Assembly (NCBI RefSeq): GCF_963921235.1
Contig: NC_086108.1
Coordinates: 13,020,001 to 13,084,000 of the forward strand
Origin: Mobula hypostoma
Lineage: Eukaryota
Reading direction: 5' to 3'
DNA: 64,000 bases
Under the pieces are notes generated by a model. It worked only from the letters and a program-made list of their open reading frames with translations, was not told the origin of the DNA and did no database searches. This document shows positions 38,916-53,186 of the stretch, one piece after another. The position numbers and the translations under genes are program-made. The stretch's first letter is position 1, and every line of letters begins with the position of its first letter.

Positions 38916-40718
38916 GTGAGTAAGTGACTGCTGCGTGCAATGTTGCCGGGACTGTTTGGGGGTGAGAAGGACATTTATAGTTTCATGTGGTACATAGCTA
39001 GGGATCAGGCTCTCCAAAGTTCAAAGTAAACTTTATTGTCAAAGTACATATATATCACCATATACAACACTGAGATTTATTTTCCTGTGGGTATACACAG
39101 CAATTCTATGGAATAGTAACTGTAACAGGATCATTGAAAGATCAACCAGAGTGCAGAACAACAAACTGTGCAAATGCAAATATCAATAAATAGTAATAAA
39201 TAATGAGAGCGTGAGATAATGAGATAAAGAGTCCTTAAAGTGAAATTATTGGTTGTGGGACCATTTCAATGATGGGGCAAGTGACTGGAATTTTCCCACT
39301 TTATTTAAGGTTTTGGAGTAGTAACTGTTTTTGAACCTAGTGGTACGAGTCCTGAGGCTCTTGTATCTTCTACTGATGGCAGCAGGGAGAAAAGAGCATG
39401 GCCTGGGTGGTGAGGGTCTCTGATGATGGATCCTGCTTTCCTACTCAGCGTTCCATGTAGATGTGCTCAATGGGTGGGAGAGCTTTGCCCGCGATGTACT
39501 GGGCTGAATCCACAACTAGTTCCCATTGCCTGCGTTTGACCCATAACCCTAAAAACCAAGGGTTCCCAATCTGTGGTCCACATATCCCTCAGGTCATGGT
39601 ATGGGTCCATAGCTTAAAAAGGGCTGGAATTTTCTGCTCTGGACCTTGGCTATCCATGTACCTGTCCAAGTGATTTTAAAACAGTGGAAGTGTGGATGCC
39701 TCTACTACACTTTTGAGTCCTTACCCTTTTAAACCTACACTCTCTAGTATTAGACTGCCGTGCTCATGTAAAAAGACTGTTATTAGTTATCCTCCCACAA
39801 ATGAAATCTATTAGTGTTTTTCTTTACCTTATCTGCAGTGATATCTTATATATTCTTCTAATTTCCTTATTAGTGTACTTCCAGGGAAGCTCAAGAGGGC
39901 TTTAATCCACTGTTTGCTCAATATAATGAGAAATAATCTCTCGATTCTAACAGCCTCCCTTTGAAATTCATCCACTGTGGCGAAGTGTCTGCCTGAGCGG
40001 ATATACCGTGCAGTAGCATTGAGGACAAAGTAGGTTAAGTTGGGATCAGATTGACAGAGAGAAGAGAGGATGGGTGTGGGATCAATATCAAATTAAATCT
40101 AATCCAAGTTTAAATCAACCATAGATGAATACAGAGAAATGAAACAGTGTTCCTCTGGGGCCTAGATGCTGAACATACAATAAGAAAGATAATGAGCAAG
40201 CACAGAGTCACACAAAATAAAATATATTTAGCCCCAAATCCCTAAATGACATGTCCCGCAAATTGATGGTTCAGTTCTCAGCAGTCCAAAGATAACACAC
40301 GCATGCAATTTCACTGATCAAAAACTAGAGGGCAGCCCCAACCAAGCGTAGGCGCCATGCTACACTGCCTCTGGTGTGTCCTTTCCCGGACTGCAGCAGC
40401 AGGCAAGCCCGCAGCTTGAGGCCCAGTCATCATTACCACTGAGGGCACACAGCTCCCTGTCCACCTGTCACTCCACCAAACACGGGATGTTACAGATTGC
40501 TGAGGGAGATGTTACTGAGTTGAGGTGAAGGGAATTCATGCCACCTAGTAGCTACTTTGGATTAACTACAATGTGGGTACCAAGAGATGAGCCACAATGA
40601 CTAACTGCCTGAAGAGTAGTTTAGTGTTGGTTCATAACCAATGTCAGAGTGCAGTTGCAATCAGACTTGTGTCAGGTATCTAATGTTCCTGGATTGGAGA
40701 GTTTTGTGTTTTTCACAG

Positions 40719-40844
40719 ACATGGATGAATGTGGACAAAGGCCTTCACCCTGCCCCAATGGTCGATGCGAGAATGTGGTTGGCAGTTACCGTTGTGTGTG
40801 CTCCAGAGGATTTGTGGCCAATTCTCAAGGCACAGATTGTATTG
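40719..40844 (+). CDS. LTBP4: cbEGF exon A1 (DMDECGQRPSPCPNGRCENVVGSYRCVCSRGFVANSQGTDCI)
   Basis: Acceptor ttttcacag|, donor G|GTAATG. 126 bp, phase 1-1, 6 Cys, calcium-binding consensus. Confidence 0.92.
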
Positions 40845-41656
40845 GTAATGTCAGCAGTTTCTTACACCTCGGCCTCTCTCGATGGGATGGGTGGGGATGG
40901 ATTGAGGGTGGGATGGGGCATTCCATTTGAATGTTGAAACCCTTCGATTGAGTGGATGTGGAGAGGGTGTTTCCTATGGTAGGGGAGTCTACTGCCATAG
41001 GGCACAGCCTCAGAATAGAGGGACTTCCATTTAGGTCATAGATGAGGAGGCATTTCTTTAGACAGATGGTGGTAAATCTCTGGAATTTGTAGCCACAGGC
41101 AGCTGATTCTTGATTAGTCATGACACGAAGGGATATGGGAAGAAGGCAGGAGATTGGGGCTGAGAGGGAAAATGGATCAGCCATGATGAAATGGCTCCTT
41201 TATCTTATGGTCTTATGGTTTTAACTGAAACTCCAGGCAATTGTTGTCACTCGGGCCCAAACAGTAGGACCCAATATCTATCCACCATCTGATCCACAGG
41301 TGCATCTCCCTGACCCTATACAAATGGGGAAACAGGCATCATCCCCCCATGTTCCCAACTCTTCCCACATCCAGAGGACCACAAGGAAAGTGGAAGCAGA
41401 CTCTGTGGAGGGATTTATGGAGTCTGTTAGGTGACAGGATGGACAAAGAGGTTTAACTTTAAATCGAAGACTGGGTGTAATGAGAGAATTAAATAATTAG
41501 AATGTGCCGGGAGCTGGGACAGAATTGTTGGAGTTAAGGAGGGAGGAGATGGTCACCGTGAAATTAAAGGTTAAAACCAAGAGCAGAGGTGAGGGAATTA
41601 TCAGCCATCCCAGGACAGTGATCTCCTAACACTCCATGGATTCTGCCTTCTTTCAG

Positions 41657-41776
41657 ATATTGATGAGTGCTTGAATGAGCTCACTTGTCCAAACTCTGAG
41701 TGTGTGAATTCCATTGGATCTTTCCACTGCCTCCCCTGCTCCACAGGATACCAGATCCGGGATGGAAAGTGTACAG
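41657..41776 (+). CDS. LTBP4: cbEGF exon B1 ([40 protein letters not shown])
   Basis: Acceptor ttctttcag|, donor CAG|GTAAAA. 120 bp, phase 1-1. CxxC spacing as in recalled LTBP4 DVDECENHLACPGQECVNSPGSFQCRTCPSG. Confidence 0.92.
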
Positions 41777-43633
41777 GTAAAACTGTTAGTGTCTCTAAAC
41801 TATAGTACCGAGAGCACTGTGTGCACAGGAGAGACAGCTCTTAGAATCATCAAACATACTCAGCAAATACAGAGAAAATCTCCCTGTAACTGTCACACCA
41901 AACACCTCCAAAACAGACAGTGCAAATTAGATATAGAGTGAATCTCCTTCTACAATATCCCATTAGACATTCCCACTGTAGAGACAATGTAGGCGAGACA
42001 TAAAGGAAACCTCCTTGGTGTTGCTCACAAAACACACCCATGACAGGGATAGCACTGATTAGATGGAGAGGAAAGCTCCCTCTACACTCTGCCATCATTG
42101 GAGGGGCAAAATGAATTAGACATTAAATCTTTTTCCAATGGTTCAGAAGCTGGATTAATGATGAAATAAATCTCCCTTTGTCACATAATGTCACAGAGGG
42201 ACAACATGAGTTGGATATAGAATACATCTTAATGTTCCATTGAACATCCCACAGCAGGAACAGTGTAGATTAGTTGCAGGGTAAATCTCCTTCTAAACTG
42301 TTTTGTCACACCCTCTATGGTAGTGATATTGTATAGTAAGTACAGAAAAAATCTTCCTCTATACTGTTTCGAAGTTCAAAGGTCAAAGTAAATTTTATTA
42401 TCGAACAAAAAGTATGTCACCGTATACCACTCTGAGATTCATTTCCTTGTGGGCATGCTCAACAAACCAATATAGAATCAATGAAAGACTGCCCAACTAC
42501 AGCATTTAACCAGAGTACAGGAGACAACAAACTGTGCAAATGCAAAAAGAAGAAATAAACAAACAATAAACATCCAGAACATGAGATGAAGAGTCCTTGA
42601 TACTGACTCCATTGGTGCTGTAAACTTTTCAATGACAGGGCAAGTGAAGTTGAGTGAAGTTATCACCTCTGGTTTAAGAGCCTGATGGTTGAGGTGTAGT
42701 AACTGTTCCAGAACCTGGTGGAGTTCATCCTGTATCTTCTTCCTGCTGTCAGCAGTAAGAAGAGAGCATGTACTGGGTGACACCAGTTTGGTGTCATCTA
42801 CAAACATACTAATCAGCTCACCTACAATCTCAACCAAATTGTTAATCTATATAATGAGCCACCATCAACCCAGCTCCAATCCCTGTTGTACATTGTTGGT
42901 CACAGGTCTCCTATCTGTAAACCAGCTCTCACACTCACCCTCTGCCTCCTACCTCCAAAACCATTTTGTTTCCAATTTTCTAACTCACCTTGTATTCTAA
43001 ACTTCCTCCACAGCCTTATAAAAGGCTTTGCTATCATATAGGGCCTTATAAAAGGCCTTGCTAAAGTCTATGTAGACAACATCCACCACAGTCTCTAGTC
43101 AATCCTGTTCGTCAGTTTCTCATGAAAAATCTATTGAACTTCTGAAGTGTGATCTCCCATGAGCCATGCTGACTATCCCTAATCAGTCCTTACCTTTCCA
43201 AATGCAACTAGCTCTTAGCCCTCCGATTCCTTACAGTAACTTTCCCTCCAGTGAGTTCAGTGTTCACTGGCCCATGCTTCCTTGACTGGTGAGCGTAGAC
43301 CTTCTTAAATACAGTCACAACGTCAGCAGTCTTCCAGTACCTCACCTGTGGCTAATGAAGATACAGAAAGCGCTACCACAACCCCAGTAATCTCCTTCCT
43401 TCGCTCTCAAACAGCCCTAAAATATATCTGGTCATGCCTGAGGGATTTATCTACCATTATGTGTTACAAGACCAACAGCTGGAGGGCGGCCCCCAATCAA
43501 GCAAGGATGCAACGCTACACCACCTCCAGTGTTACCTCTCCTGGACTGCAGAAGCGGTCAACCCTCGGCTTGAGGCCTGGTCCTCAACGCAACCAAGGCC
43601 ATACATTCCCCTGCCGTCTCTCGTCCCTCCAAA

Positions 43634-45595
43634 TTGTTCATGATGAGGATGTCTCCAAGTTCACGCAAAGGGTCACGAGCTTCATCCACAAGTGCATCGA
43701 GGACATTGTCAGGGTCTATGAAAACCAGAAACCCTGGATCAACAATTGCATGCGAGCTGCACTTACTGCACAGCACAGAGCTTACATTGCATGTGACCAA
43801 CAGGAACTCAAGAAGTGCAGCTACGATCATCAAGGCGGCGAAATGACATTACAGGGACAAGATCCAGACACAACTCTCCACCGACAACACACACAGTTTA
43901 TGGTAAGGTCTGCACATCATCACAGACTTCAAAGCTAAACACAGTGGTGTTTTCCAAGTTCACTACCTCTCTCTCAGTGAGCTAAATCTTCTTTACTCTC
44001 GGTTCGATGTTGCCATCACTGAGTCCCCAGGAGAACCACGAAACGACCTGCTCCTTGGTCATCTCTGAGGCTGAAGGACGCAGGTGTTTCCAATGAGTGG
44101 ACAGTTGCAAGGCTGCAGGACCGGTCGGCATCCCAGGGCGGGTACTCGGGATGTGTGTGGCGCAACTGGCAGGTGTGTTTACAGACATTTTTAATTTCTC
44201 CCTCTCCCAGTGTAGAGTGCCCTCCTGCTTCAAAACATCCACCATTGTCCCTGTACCAAAAAATACCAAAGTAACATGTCTGAATGACTGGTGTCCTGTT
44301 GCACTAACCTCAATAATAACCAAATGCTATGAGAGGCTGGTCAAGTACTACATCTGTAGCATGCTGCCACCCACACTGGACCCCCTACGATTTGCCTACC
44401 GACACAACCGATCAACAGATGGCACAATAGCCACAGCTCTACATACCATCCTTACACATCTGGAGAAGAAGGATACTTCTGTGAGAATGCTGTTCTTGGA
44501 CTACAGTTCAATATTCAACACAATAATTTCCTCCAGACTTGACAAGAAGCTCAGAGACCTCGGCCTTCACCCTGCCTTGTGCAGCTGGATCCTGGACTTC
44601 CTGTCAGATCGCCGGCAGGTGGTAAGAGTGGGCTCCCTCACCTCTGCCCCTCTGACCCTCAACACAGGTGCCCCTCAGGGCTGTGTCCTAAGACCCCTCC
44701 TTTACTCTCTATATACTTACGACTGTGTTGCCATCCACAGCTCCAATCTGCTGATTAAATTTGCTGAGGATACTACATTGATTGGCCTAATCTCAAATAA
44801 TAACGAGGCAGCCAACAGTCATCACCCTGACACAGTGGTGTCAAGGAAACAACCTCTCCCTCAATGTCGCAAAAAACAAAGGATCTGGTTGTGGACTACA
44901 GAAGGAATAGAGACGGGAATAGAGATATTAACCTCAATGGATCTGGGGTTGAGAAGATGAACAGCTTTAAGTTCCTTGGCATATACAGCACCGAAGATCT
45001 CATGTGGTCTGTACGTACCAGCTGTGTGGTGAAAAAAGCACAGCAGTGCCTCTTTCACCTCAGACGGATGAAGAGGTTTAGTATGGGCCCCAAATCCTAA
45101 GAAATTTCTATAGGGGCACAACTGAGAGCATCCTGACTGGCTGCATCACTGCCTGGTATGGGAACTGTACCTCTCTTAATCACAGGACTCTGCAGAGAGT
45201 GGTGCGGACAGCCCAGCGCGTCTATAGATGTGAACTTCCCAATATTCAGGACGTTTACAAATACAGGTGTGTAAAATGGACCCGAAGGATCATTGGTGAC
45301 CTAAACTATCCCAGCAACAATCTATTGCAGCTGCTACCATCCGGGAAACGGTACTGCAGCATAAAATCCAGGACCAACAGGCTCTAGAACAGCTTTGTCC
45401 ACCAGGCCATCAGATTGATTAATTCACACTGATACAATTATATTTCTATGATATATTGATTGTCCTGTTGTACATACCATTTATTGCAAGTTATTATAAA
45501 TTGCACATTGCACATTTAGACAGAGACAAAATGTAAAGATTTTTACTCCTCATGTATATGAAGGATGTAAGTAATAAAGTCAATTCAATTCAGTT
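43634..45595 (+). mobile_element. Rex1/Babar-like LINE, 5'-truncated RT, present only in the B1-A2 intron
   Basis: ORF 44097-44960 (KAAGP.GIPGRVL..C..QLAGVFTDIFN...LFLDYSS.FNTI...GAPQGCVL.P). (CAATT)n tail. Interrupts the unit motif ccaccaaacaa.tgatataa. Confidence 0.88.
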
Positions 45596-45711
45596 CAAAC
45601 AAGTGATATAACGAATTGCTGAGGGAGTTGTTACTGAGTTGAGATGAAGGGAATTCATGCCATCTAGTAGCTGCTTTGGAGTAACACAATGTGGGTACCA
45701 TCTGATGAGCC

Positions 45712-46592
45712 ATACTGATGATACAAAGATAGGTGGAGGTGCAGGTGGTGTAGAGGAAACAGAGAGTCTGCAGAGAGACTTAAATAGTTTAGGGAAATGG
45801 GCAAAGAGGTGGCAAATAAAATACAATGTTGGAAAGTGTATGGTGGAAGAAATAAATAGGCAGACTATTATTTAGATGGGGAGAGAATTCAAAATGCTGA
45901 GATGCAAAGGGACTTGGGAGAACTTGTGCAAGATACCCGAAAGGTTAACCTCCAGGTTGAGTTGGTAGTGAAGAAGGCAAATGAAATGTTGGCATTCATT
46001 TCTAGAAGTATAGAATATAAGAGCAGGAATGTGTAGTTGAGGCACTCGTGAGACCACACTTGGAGTATTGTGTGCAGGTTTAGGCTCTTTATTTTAGAAA
46101 TGATATAATGACATTGGAGAGGGTTCAGAGAAGATTCCAGGAATAAAAGGGTTACTGTATAAGGAATGTGTGGCAGCTCTTGGGCTATATTCCCTGAAGT
46201 TCAGGAGAATGAGGGGTGATCTCACAGAAACATTCCAAATGTTAAAAAGCCTGAACAGACTAGATATGGCAAAATTATTTCCCATGGTAGGGGAGTCTAG
46301 GATAAGAGGACACAATTTCAGGATTGAAGGATACCCTTTGAAAACAGAGGTGCGGAGAAATTACTTTAGTCAGAAGGTGGTAAATCCATGGACTTTGTTG
46401 CTACAATCGGCTGTGGAGACCAAGTCATTGGGTGCATTTAAGGCAGAGATAGATAGGTTCTTGATTAGCCAGGACGACAAAGGGTATGGGAAGAAGGCAG
46501 GGAAGTGGGGATGACTGAAAGAATTGGAACAGCCCATGATTGAATGGCGGAGCAGAATTGGTGGGCTGAATGGCCTCCTGTATTTTATGGTC
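45712..46592 (+). mobile_element. CR1 3' fragment, present only in the B1-A2 intron
   Basis: Starts at DDTKIGG and ends at ttttatggtct. Splits the unit motif gatgagccacaatgtccaactgcc. Confidence 0.85.
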
Positions 46593-46729
46593 TAATGTCC
46601 AACTGCCTGAAGAGTGGTTTAGTGTTGATTCATAACCAATGTCAGAGTGCAGATGCAATCAGACTTGGGTGAGGTATCTAATATTCCCAGGATTATGGGA
46701 TTATGTGTTGTGTTTTGTTTTTTCCACAG

Positions 46730-46855
46730 ACATGGATGAATGTGGACAAAGGCCTTCACCCTGCCCCAATGGTCGATGTGAGAATGTGGTTGGCAGTTAC
46801 CGTTGTGTGTGCTCCAGAGGATTTGTGGCCAATTCTCAAGGCACAGATTGTATTG
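46730..46855 (+). CDS. LTBP4: cbEGF exon A2 (same protein as A1)
   Basis: AG/GT intact. One synonymous difference from A1 (TGC>TGT). Confidence 0.88.
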
Positions 46856-46987
46856 GTAATGTTGGCTGCGTCTTACGCCTCGGCCTCTCTCGATGGAATG
46901 GGTAGGGATGGACTGAGGGTGGGATGGGGAATCCATTTGAATGTTGAAGGCTTCTGTAGAGTGGATGTGGAGAGGATGTTTCCTATG

Positions 46988-47582
46988 ATCATCATCATCA
47001 TCTGATGCCGTGCCCAGTTTGAGCTTTGACTGCCATGGCCCACACACTCCTGTTTCGGGTCAAGTGGATCAATTCACTGGTATTCACTTCCAATTCTCTG
47101 GCTGCTATCTCCATCATAATTTGTCTTTGTCTTCCTCTTGCTTTCTTTCCTTCAATCTTTCCCATAATTACTGTGCATTCCAACTCCTCTTTCCTAATCA
47201 CAAGTCCAGTGAAGTTACGTTGCATTTTCATGATCTCATACATTATTTCTCTTTTTGTGTTTACTCTGTTCATGAAATCCTTGTTAGATATTCATTTCAT
47301 CCATGATATTCTTTGCACCCTCCTCAAAAACCACATCTCTGCTGCTATAATTCGTTTCCTCATGTTACTAGATATTGTCCAACATTCTGAGCCATATAAC
47401 ATAACTGGATAAATGTAACATTTCAGTACTCTGAGGCGGGTTGTCATGCCTAGTTTAGTATTGGTCAGTATACACTTCATTCTTGTAAAGATGTCTTTTG
47501 CCATCCCTATTCTTCTTTTGATGTCCAAGTCGCACCTGACGTCTGATGTCACCCAACTTCCTAAGAAGCAAAAGTTCTGTAT
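46988..47582 (-). mobile_element. RTE-clade LINE 3' fragment, present only in the A2-A3 intron
   Basis: Minus ORFs FCFLGS...DIKRRIGMAK..F...MLYGSECWT and GKIEGKKARGRQR. (GAT)n tail at about 46988-47002. Confidence 0.85.
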
Positions 47583-49349
47583 TATGGTAGTGGAGTCTAA
47601 AGTCAGAGGGCACAGCCTCAGAACAGAGGGATATCCACTTAGAATGGAGATGAAGAGGAATTCTGTAATCCAGAGAATGGTAAATCTGTGGAATACGTTG
47701 TCACAAGCAGCTGAGGAGGCCAAATCATTGGATATATTTAAGGCAGATCTTTCGCTTTGTAATCAGTCAGGGCATGAAGGGATATGGATCGAAGGTAGGA
47801 GATTGGGTCTGAGAGGAAAAAATGGATCAGCCATTATAAAACTACAAGGGAATCAATGAAAACCACCCAACTAGGGTGTTCAACCAGTGTGCAGTAGACA
47901 ACAAACTGCAAATACAAAAAGAAGAAATAATAATAATAGATAAGCACTAAATATTGAAAACATGAGATGAAGTGTGCTAGAAAGTGAGTCCATTGCCTTC
48001 AGGAACATTTCAATGACAGGGCTAGTGAAGTTGAGTGAAGTTATCACCTCTGGTTTAAGAGCCTGATGGTTAAGGGGTAGTAACTGTTCCTGAACCTGGT
48101 TGTGTAAGTCCTGAGGCTCCTGTACCACCTTCCTGATGACAGTAGTAAGAAGAGAGCATGCACTGGGTGGCACCAGTTTGGTGTCATCTACAAACGTACT
48201 AATCAGCTCACCTACAATCTCAACCAAATTGTTAATTTATATAATGAGCCACCATCAACCCAGCTCCAATCGTTGTACATTGTTGGTCACGGGTCTCCAA
48301 TCTGCAAACCAACCCTCACCCTCAAGCTCTGCCTGTTACGACAAAACCCCATTTGAATCCAATTTTCTAACGCGTCTTGTATTCTAACCTTCTTCACCAG
48401 CCTACAGACAGGACCTCGTAAAAGGCCTTGCTAAAGTCTATGTAGACAACATCCACCACACTGCTCAAGTACAACATGTTGGTCACTTCCTCATGAAAAT
48501 CTATCAGACTTCTGAAGCATGATCTCCCATTAACCATGCTGACTATCCATGATCGGTCCTTGCCTTTCCAAATGCAGCTAGCCCTCAGAATCCCTTACAG
48601 AAACTTATCCTCCAGTGGGTTCAGTGTTCACTGGCCTGTGCTTCCTTGACTGGTCCATGTAGCCCTTTTTAAATACAGTCCCGACATCAGCAATCTTCCA
48701 GTAACTCACCTGTGGCAAATGAAGATACAGAATTCACTACCATGACCCCAGCAGTTTTCTTCCTTCCCTACCAAAATAACCTAGAATACACCTGGTCATG
48801 CCCTAGGGATTAATCCACTATTATCTGCTTCAAAACCACTAATGGGAGGGCAGTCCCCAACTGTGCATGAACGCAATGCTACACCACTTCCAGTGTCTCC
48901 TGCCCTGGACTGCAGCAGCCCTAATCTCCTGACTTGTCCCTGTATCTCATCGTTCCCTGACTAATCAAGAATCTATCAACATCTGCCTTAAATATACCCA
49001 ATGACTTGACCTCCACAGTCACCTGTGGAAACAAATTCTACAGATCTGTGGCCTAGTCCTCCCTACAACCAAGGCTACACAACTCCCCCGCTGTCTGTCA
49101 TGCCACCAAACAAATTATATAACAGATTGCTGGGGGAGATGCTACTGAGTTGAGATGAAGGGAATTCATACCACCCACTAACTACTTTAGATTAACTGCA
49201 ATATGTGTACCATCAGAGGAACCACAACGTCCAACTACCTAAAGAGAAGTTTAATGTGGGTTCATAACCAATGTCAGAGTGCAGTTGCAATCAGACTTGG
49301 GTCAGGTATCTAATGTTCCCAGGATTGGAGAGTTTTGTGTTTTCCACAG

Positions 49350-49475
49350 ATATGGATGAATGTGGACAAAGGCCTCCACCCTGCCCCAATGGTCGATGCG
49401 AGAACGTAATTGGCAGTTACCGTTGTGTGTGCTCCAGAGGATTTGTGGCTAATTCTCAAGGCACAGATTGTATTG
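49350..49475 (+). CDS. LTBP4: cbEGF exon A3 (variant RPPP, ENVI)
   Basis: AG/GT intact, 126 bp, open frame, all Cys kept. Confidence 0.88.
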
Positions 49476-50359
49476 GTAATGTCAGCAGTTTCTTACGCCT
49501 CGGCCTCTCTCGATGGGATGGGTGGGGATGGATTGAGGGTGGGATGGAGGAATCCATTTGAATGTTGAAAGACCTCGACAGAGTGGATGTGGAGAGGATG
49601 TTCCTGTGAGGGTGGAATCTAAGACCAGAGAGCACAGCCTCAGAATAGAAGGACATCTATTTATAACAGAGATGTAGAGGAATTTCTTTAGCCAGAGAGA
49701 GGTAAATCTGTAGAATTAGTTGCCACAAGTGGCTGTGGAGGCCAAGTCATTGCATATATTTAAGGCAGACCTTGATAGAATCATGATTAGTCAGGGCATG
49801 AAGCGATACAGACAGAAGGCAGGAGATTGGGGCTGAGAAGGAAATATGGATCAGCCACAATAAAATGGCAGATCAGACTTGATGGGCTAAATGGCCTAAT
49901 TCTGCTCCTATATCATATGGTCTTATGGTCTTAACTGAGTTTCCAGGCAATTGTCATTCTAGCCAGTACACCGCACTAGTATCTATTCAACATCTGACCC
50001 ACAGGTTCATCACCCTGACCCTTTACAAATGAGTGAACAGCCATCTGCTCCCATGTTCCCAGCTCCTCCTCCATCCAAATTAATCACATGGAATGTGGGA
50101 GCAGACCCCATGGAGAAAGATTCATGGAGTCTGTAAGGTGACAGGACGGATAAAGAGGTTTAATTTTAAATTGAAAAATGGGTGTAATGACAGAATTAAT
50201 TGGAATGTGCTGGGAGCTGGGACAGAATTGTTAGAGTTAAAGAGGGAGGAGATGGTCACCATGAAAATGAAGGTTAAAAGCAAGAGCAGGGGTGAGGGAA
50301 TTATCAGCCATCCAGGGACAGTGATCGCCTAACTCTCCATGGATTCTGCTTTCTTTCAG

Positions 50360-50479
50360 ATATTGATGAGTGCTTGAATGAGCTCACTTGTCCAAACTCT
50401 GAGTGTGTGAATTCCATTGGATCTTTCCATTGTCTCCCCTGCCGCACAGGATACCAGATCCGGGATCGAAAGTGTACAG
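50360..50479 (+). CDS. LTBP4: cbEGF exon B2 (variant PCRTGYQIRDRKCT)
   Basis: AG/GT intact, 120 bp, open frame, all Cys kept. Confidence 0.88.
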
Positions 50480-53060
50480 GTAAAACAGTTAGCGTCTCTA
50501 ACCAGTAGAACTTTGAGCCTTGTGCACGTGGGAGTCATCAAACCTACTCAGCAAATAGAGAGAGAAGCTTCCTCTAACTGTCAATGGTTCAATTTAATGT
50601 CAGACAATGCATACAATCTGAATCAGTACTCGTCACAGGCATCCACGAAACAGAAATAAACTCAAAGAATGAATGACAGAAAACATTAGAACTCCAAAGC
50701 CCCCTCTCCCCCTCCCCCACTTGCTCCAGCAAAAACATTGACCCTGCGCCCTGAACCACCCAATTCAAAGTCCCCCAAAGTGACTTTAAGGTAAAGTCCA
50801 TCAAAAACGACAGTCCTTCCCATTCCTTCAGTATCTCAGATAGGCTCTCTCTCAAGCGGGGTTAAAGAGAAATCGCTCCTGAAACAAATGAGTGAGGGAG
50901 ACCAGCAGCTCAGTTTTGATGTCTCATCAAAAACTTCCAAGACAGACAATGCAGATTAGATATGGAGTGAATCTCCTTCTACACTATCCCATTAGACATT
51001 CCCACAGCACGGTCAACACAGACTAGATCTAAAATGAACCTCCACTGCGCTGACCCATCAAACGTTCCCATGACAGGGATAGCACAGAGCAGACAGAGAG
51101 AAAAGCTCCCTCTGCACTCTCCCATCACAGGAGGGACAAAATGAGTTAGGGATTAAATATTTTCCTTCACTATCATTTCAAGTGGTCGAGAAGCCAGATT
51201 AATTAGGAATAAATCTCCCCTTGTCATATACTGTCACAGAGCGACAACGTGAGTTGGGTATAGAGTATGTCTTCATGTTCCATTTAATATCCCACAGCAG
51301 GAACAGTGTAGATTAGTTGTGGGGCAAATCTCCATCTAAACTGCTTTGTCACACCCTCTATGGTGGTGATAGTGTACAGTAGGTACAGAGTAAATCTTTC
51401 TCTATGCTGTTTCGAAGTTCAAAGTAAATTTTACTATCAAACCACAGACGTATATGCCACCATAGATAACCGTGAGAATGATTTTGTAGTTGGCATACTC
51501 AAGAAATCTATGGAATAATAACTACAAGGGACTCAGTGAAAAACCCCCCAACTAGGGTGTTCAACCAGTGTGCAGAAAACAACAAACTGTGCAAATACAA
51601 AAAGAAGAAACAATAATAGTAAATGAATAAGCACTAAATATCGAAAACATGAGATGAAGCATGTTCGAAAATGAGTCCATTGCCTTCGGGAACATTTCAA
51701 TGACAGGGCTAGTGCAGCTGAGTGAAGTTATCACCTCTAGTTTAAGAGACTGATGGTTGAGGGGTAGTTTCTGTTCCCGAACCTGGTGGTGTAAGTCCTG
51801 AGGTTCCAGTAACTTCTTTCTGATGACAGCAGTAAGAAGAGAGCATGTACTGGGTGACACCAGTTTGATGTCATCTACAAACATACTAATCAGCTCACCT
51901 ACAATCTCAACCAAATTGTTAATTTATATAATGAGCCACCATCAACCCAGCACCAATCCCTGTTGTACATTGTTGGTCACAGGTCTCCAATCTGTAAACC
52001 AGCTCTCACACTCGCCCTCACCCTCAATCTCTGCCTCCTACCACCAAACCCTATTTGGATCCAATTTTCTAACTCACCTTGTATTATAATCTTCTTCACC
52101 AGCCTATCATACAGGACCTTGTAAAAGGCCTTGCTGAACTCCATGTAGACAACATCCACCACGCTGCTCAAGTCAATCCTGTTGGTTACTTCCTCATGAA
52201 AAATCTATCAAACTTCTGAACCATGATCTCCCATGAACCATGCTGACTATCCCTAATCAGTCCTTGCATTTACAAATGCAACTAGCTCCTAGTCCTCAAA
52301 ATCCATTCCAGTAACTTGCCCTCCAGTGAGTTCAGTGTTCACTGGGCTGTGCTTCCTTGACTAGTTCATGTAGACCTTCTTAAATACGGTCACAACATCA
52401 GCAATCTTCCAGTACCTCACCTGTGGCTAAAGAAGATACAGAAATCACTACTGCGATCCCAGTAGTTTTCATTCTTTCCTACCAAAATGACCTAGAATAC
52501 ACCTGGTCATGCCCTAGGGATTTATCCACTATTATCTGCTTCAAAACCACCAATGGGAGGACAGCCCCCAACCGTGCATGGACGCAACGCTACACCACCT
52601 CCAGTGTCTCCTTCCCTGGACTGCAGCAGCCCTAATCTCCTGACTTCTCCCTGTATCTCATCATCCCCTGACTAATCAAGAATCTATCAACATCTGCCTT
52701 AAATATACCCAATGACTTGGCCTCCACTGTCACCTGTGGAAACAAATTCTACAGATCTGTGGCCTAGTCCTCACTACAGCCAAGGCTACACAACTCCCCC
52801 GCCATCTGTCGTGCCACCAAACAAATGATATAACAGATTGCTCGGGGAGATGTTACTGAGTTGAGATGAAAGGAATTCATGCCATCCACTACCTACTGTA
52901 GATTAACTGCAATATGTGTACCATCAGGTGAGCCACAATGTCCAACTGCCTAAAGAGTAGATTAGTGTGGATTCATAACCAATGTCAGAGTGCAGTTGTA
53001 ATCAGACTTGGGTCAGGTATCTAATGTTCCCAGGATTGGAGAGTTTTGTGTTTTCCACAG

Positions 53061-53186
53061 ATATGGATGAATGTGGACAAAGACCTTCACCCTGCCCCAA
53101 TGGTCGATGCGAGAACGTGGTTGGCAGTTACCGTTGTGTGTGCTCCAGAGGATTTGTGGCTAATTCTGAAGGCACAGATTGTATTG
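53061..53186 (+). CDS. LTBP4: cbEGF exon A4 (variant NSEGTDCI)
   Basis: AG/GT intact, 126 bp, open frame. Confidence 0.88.
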
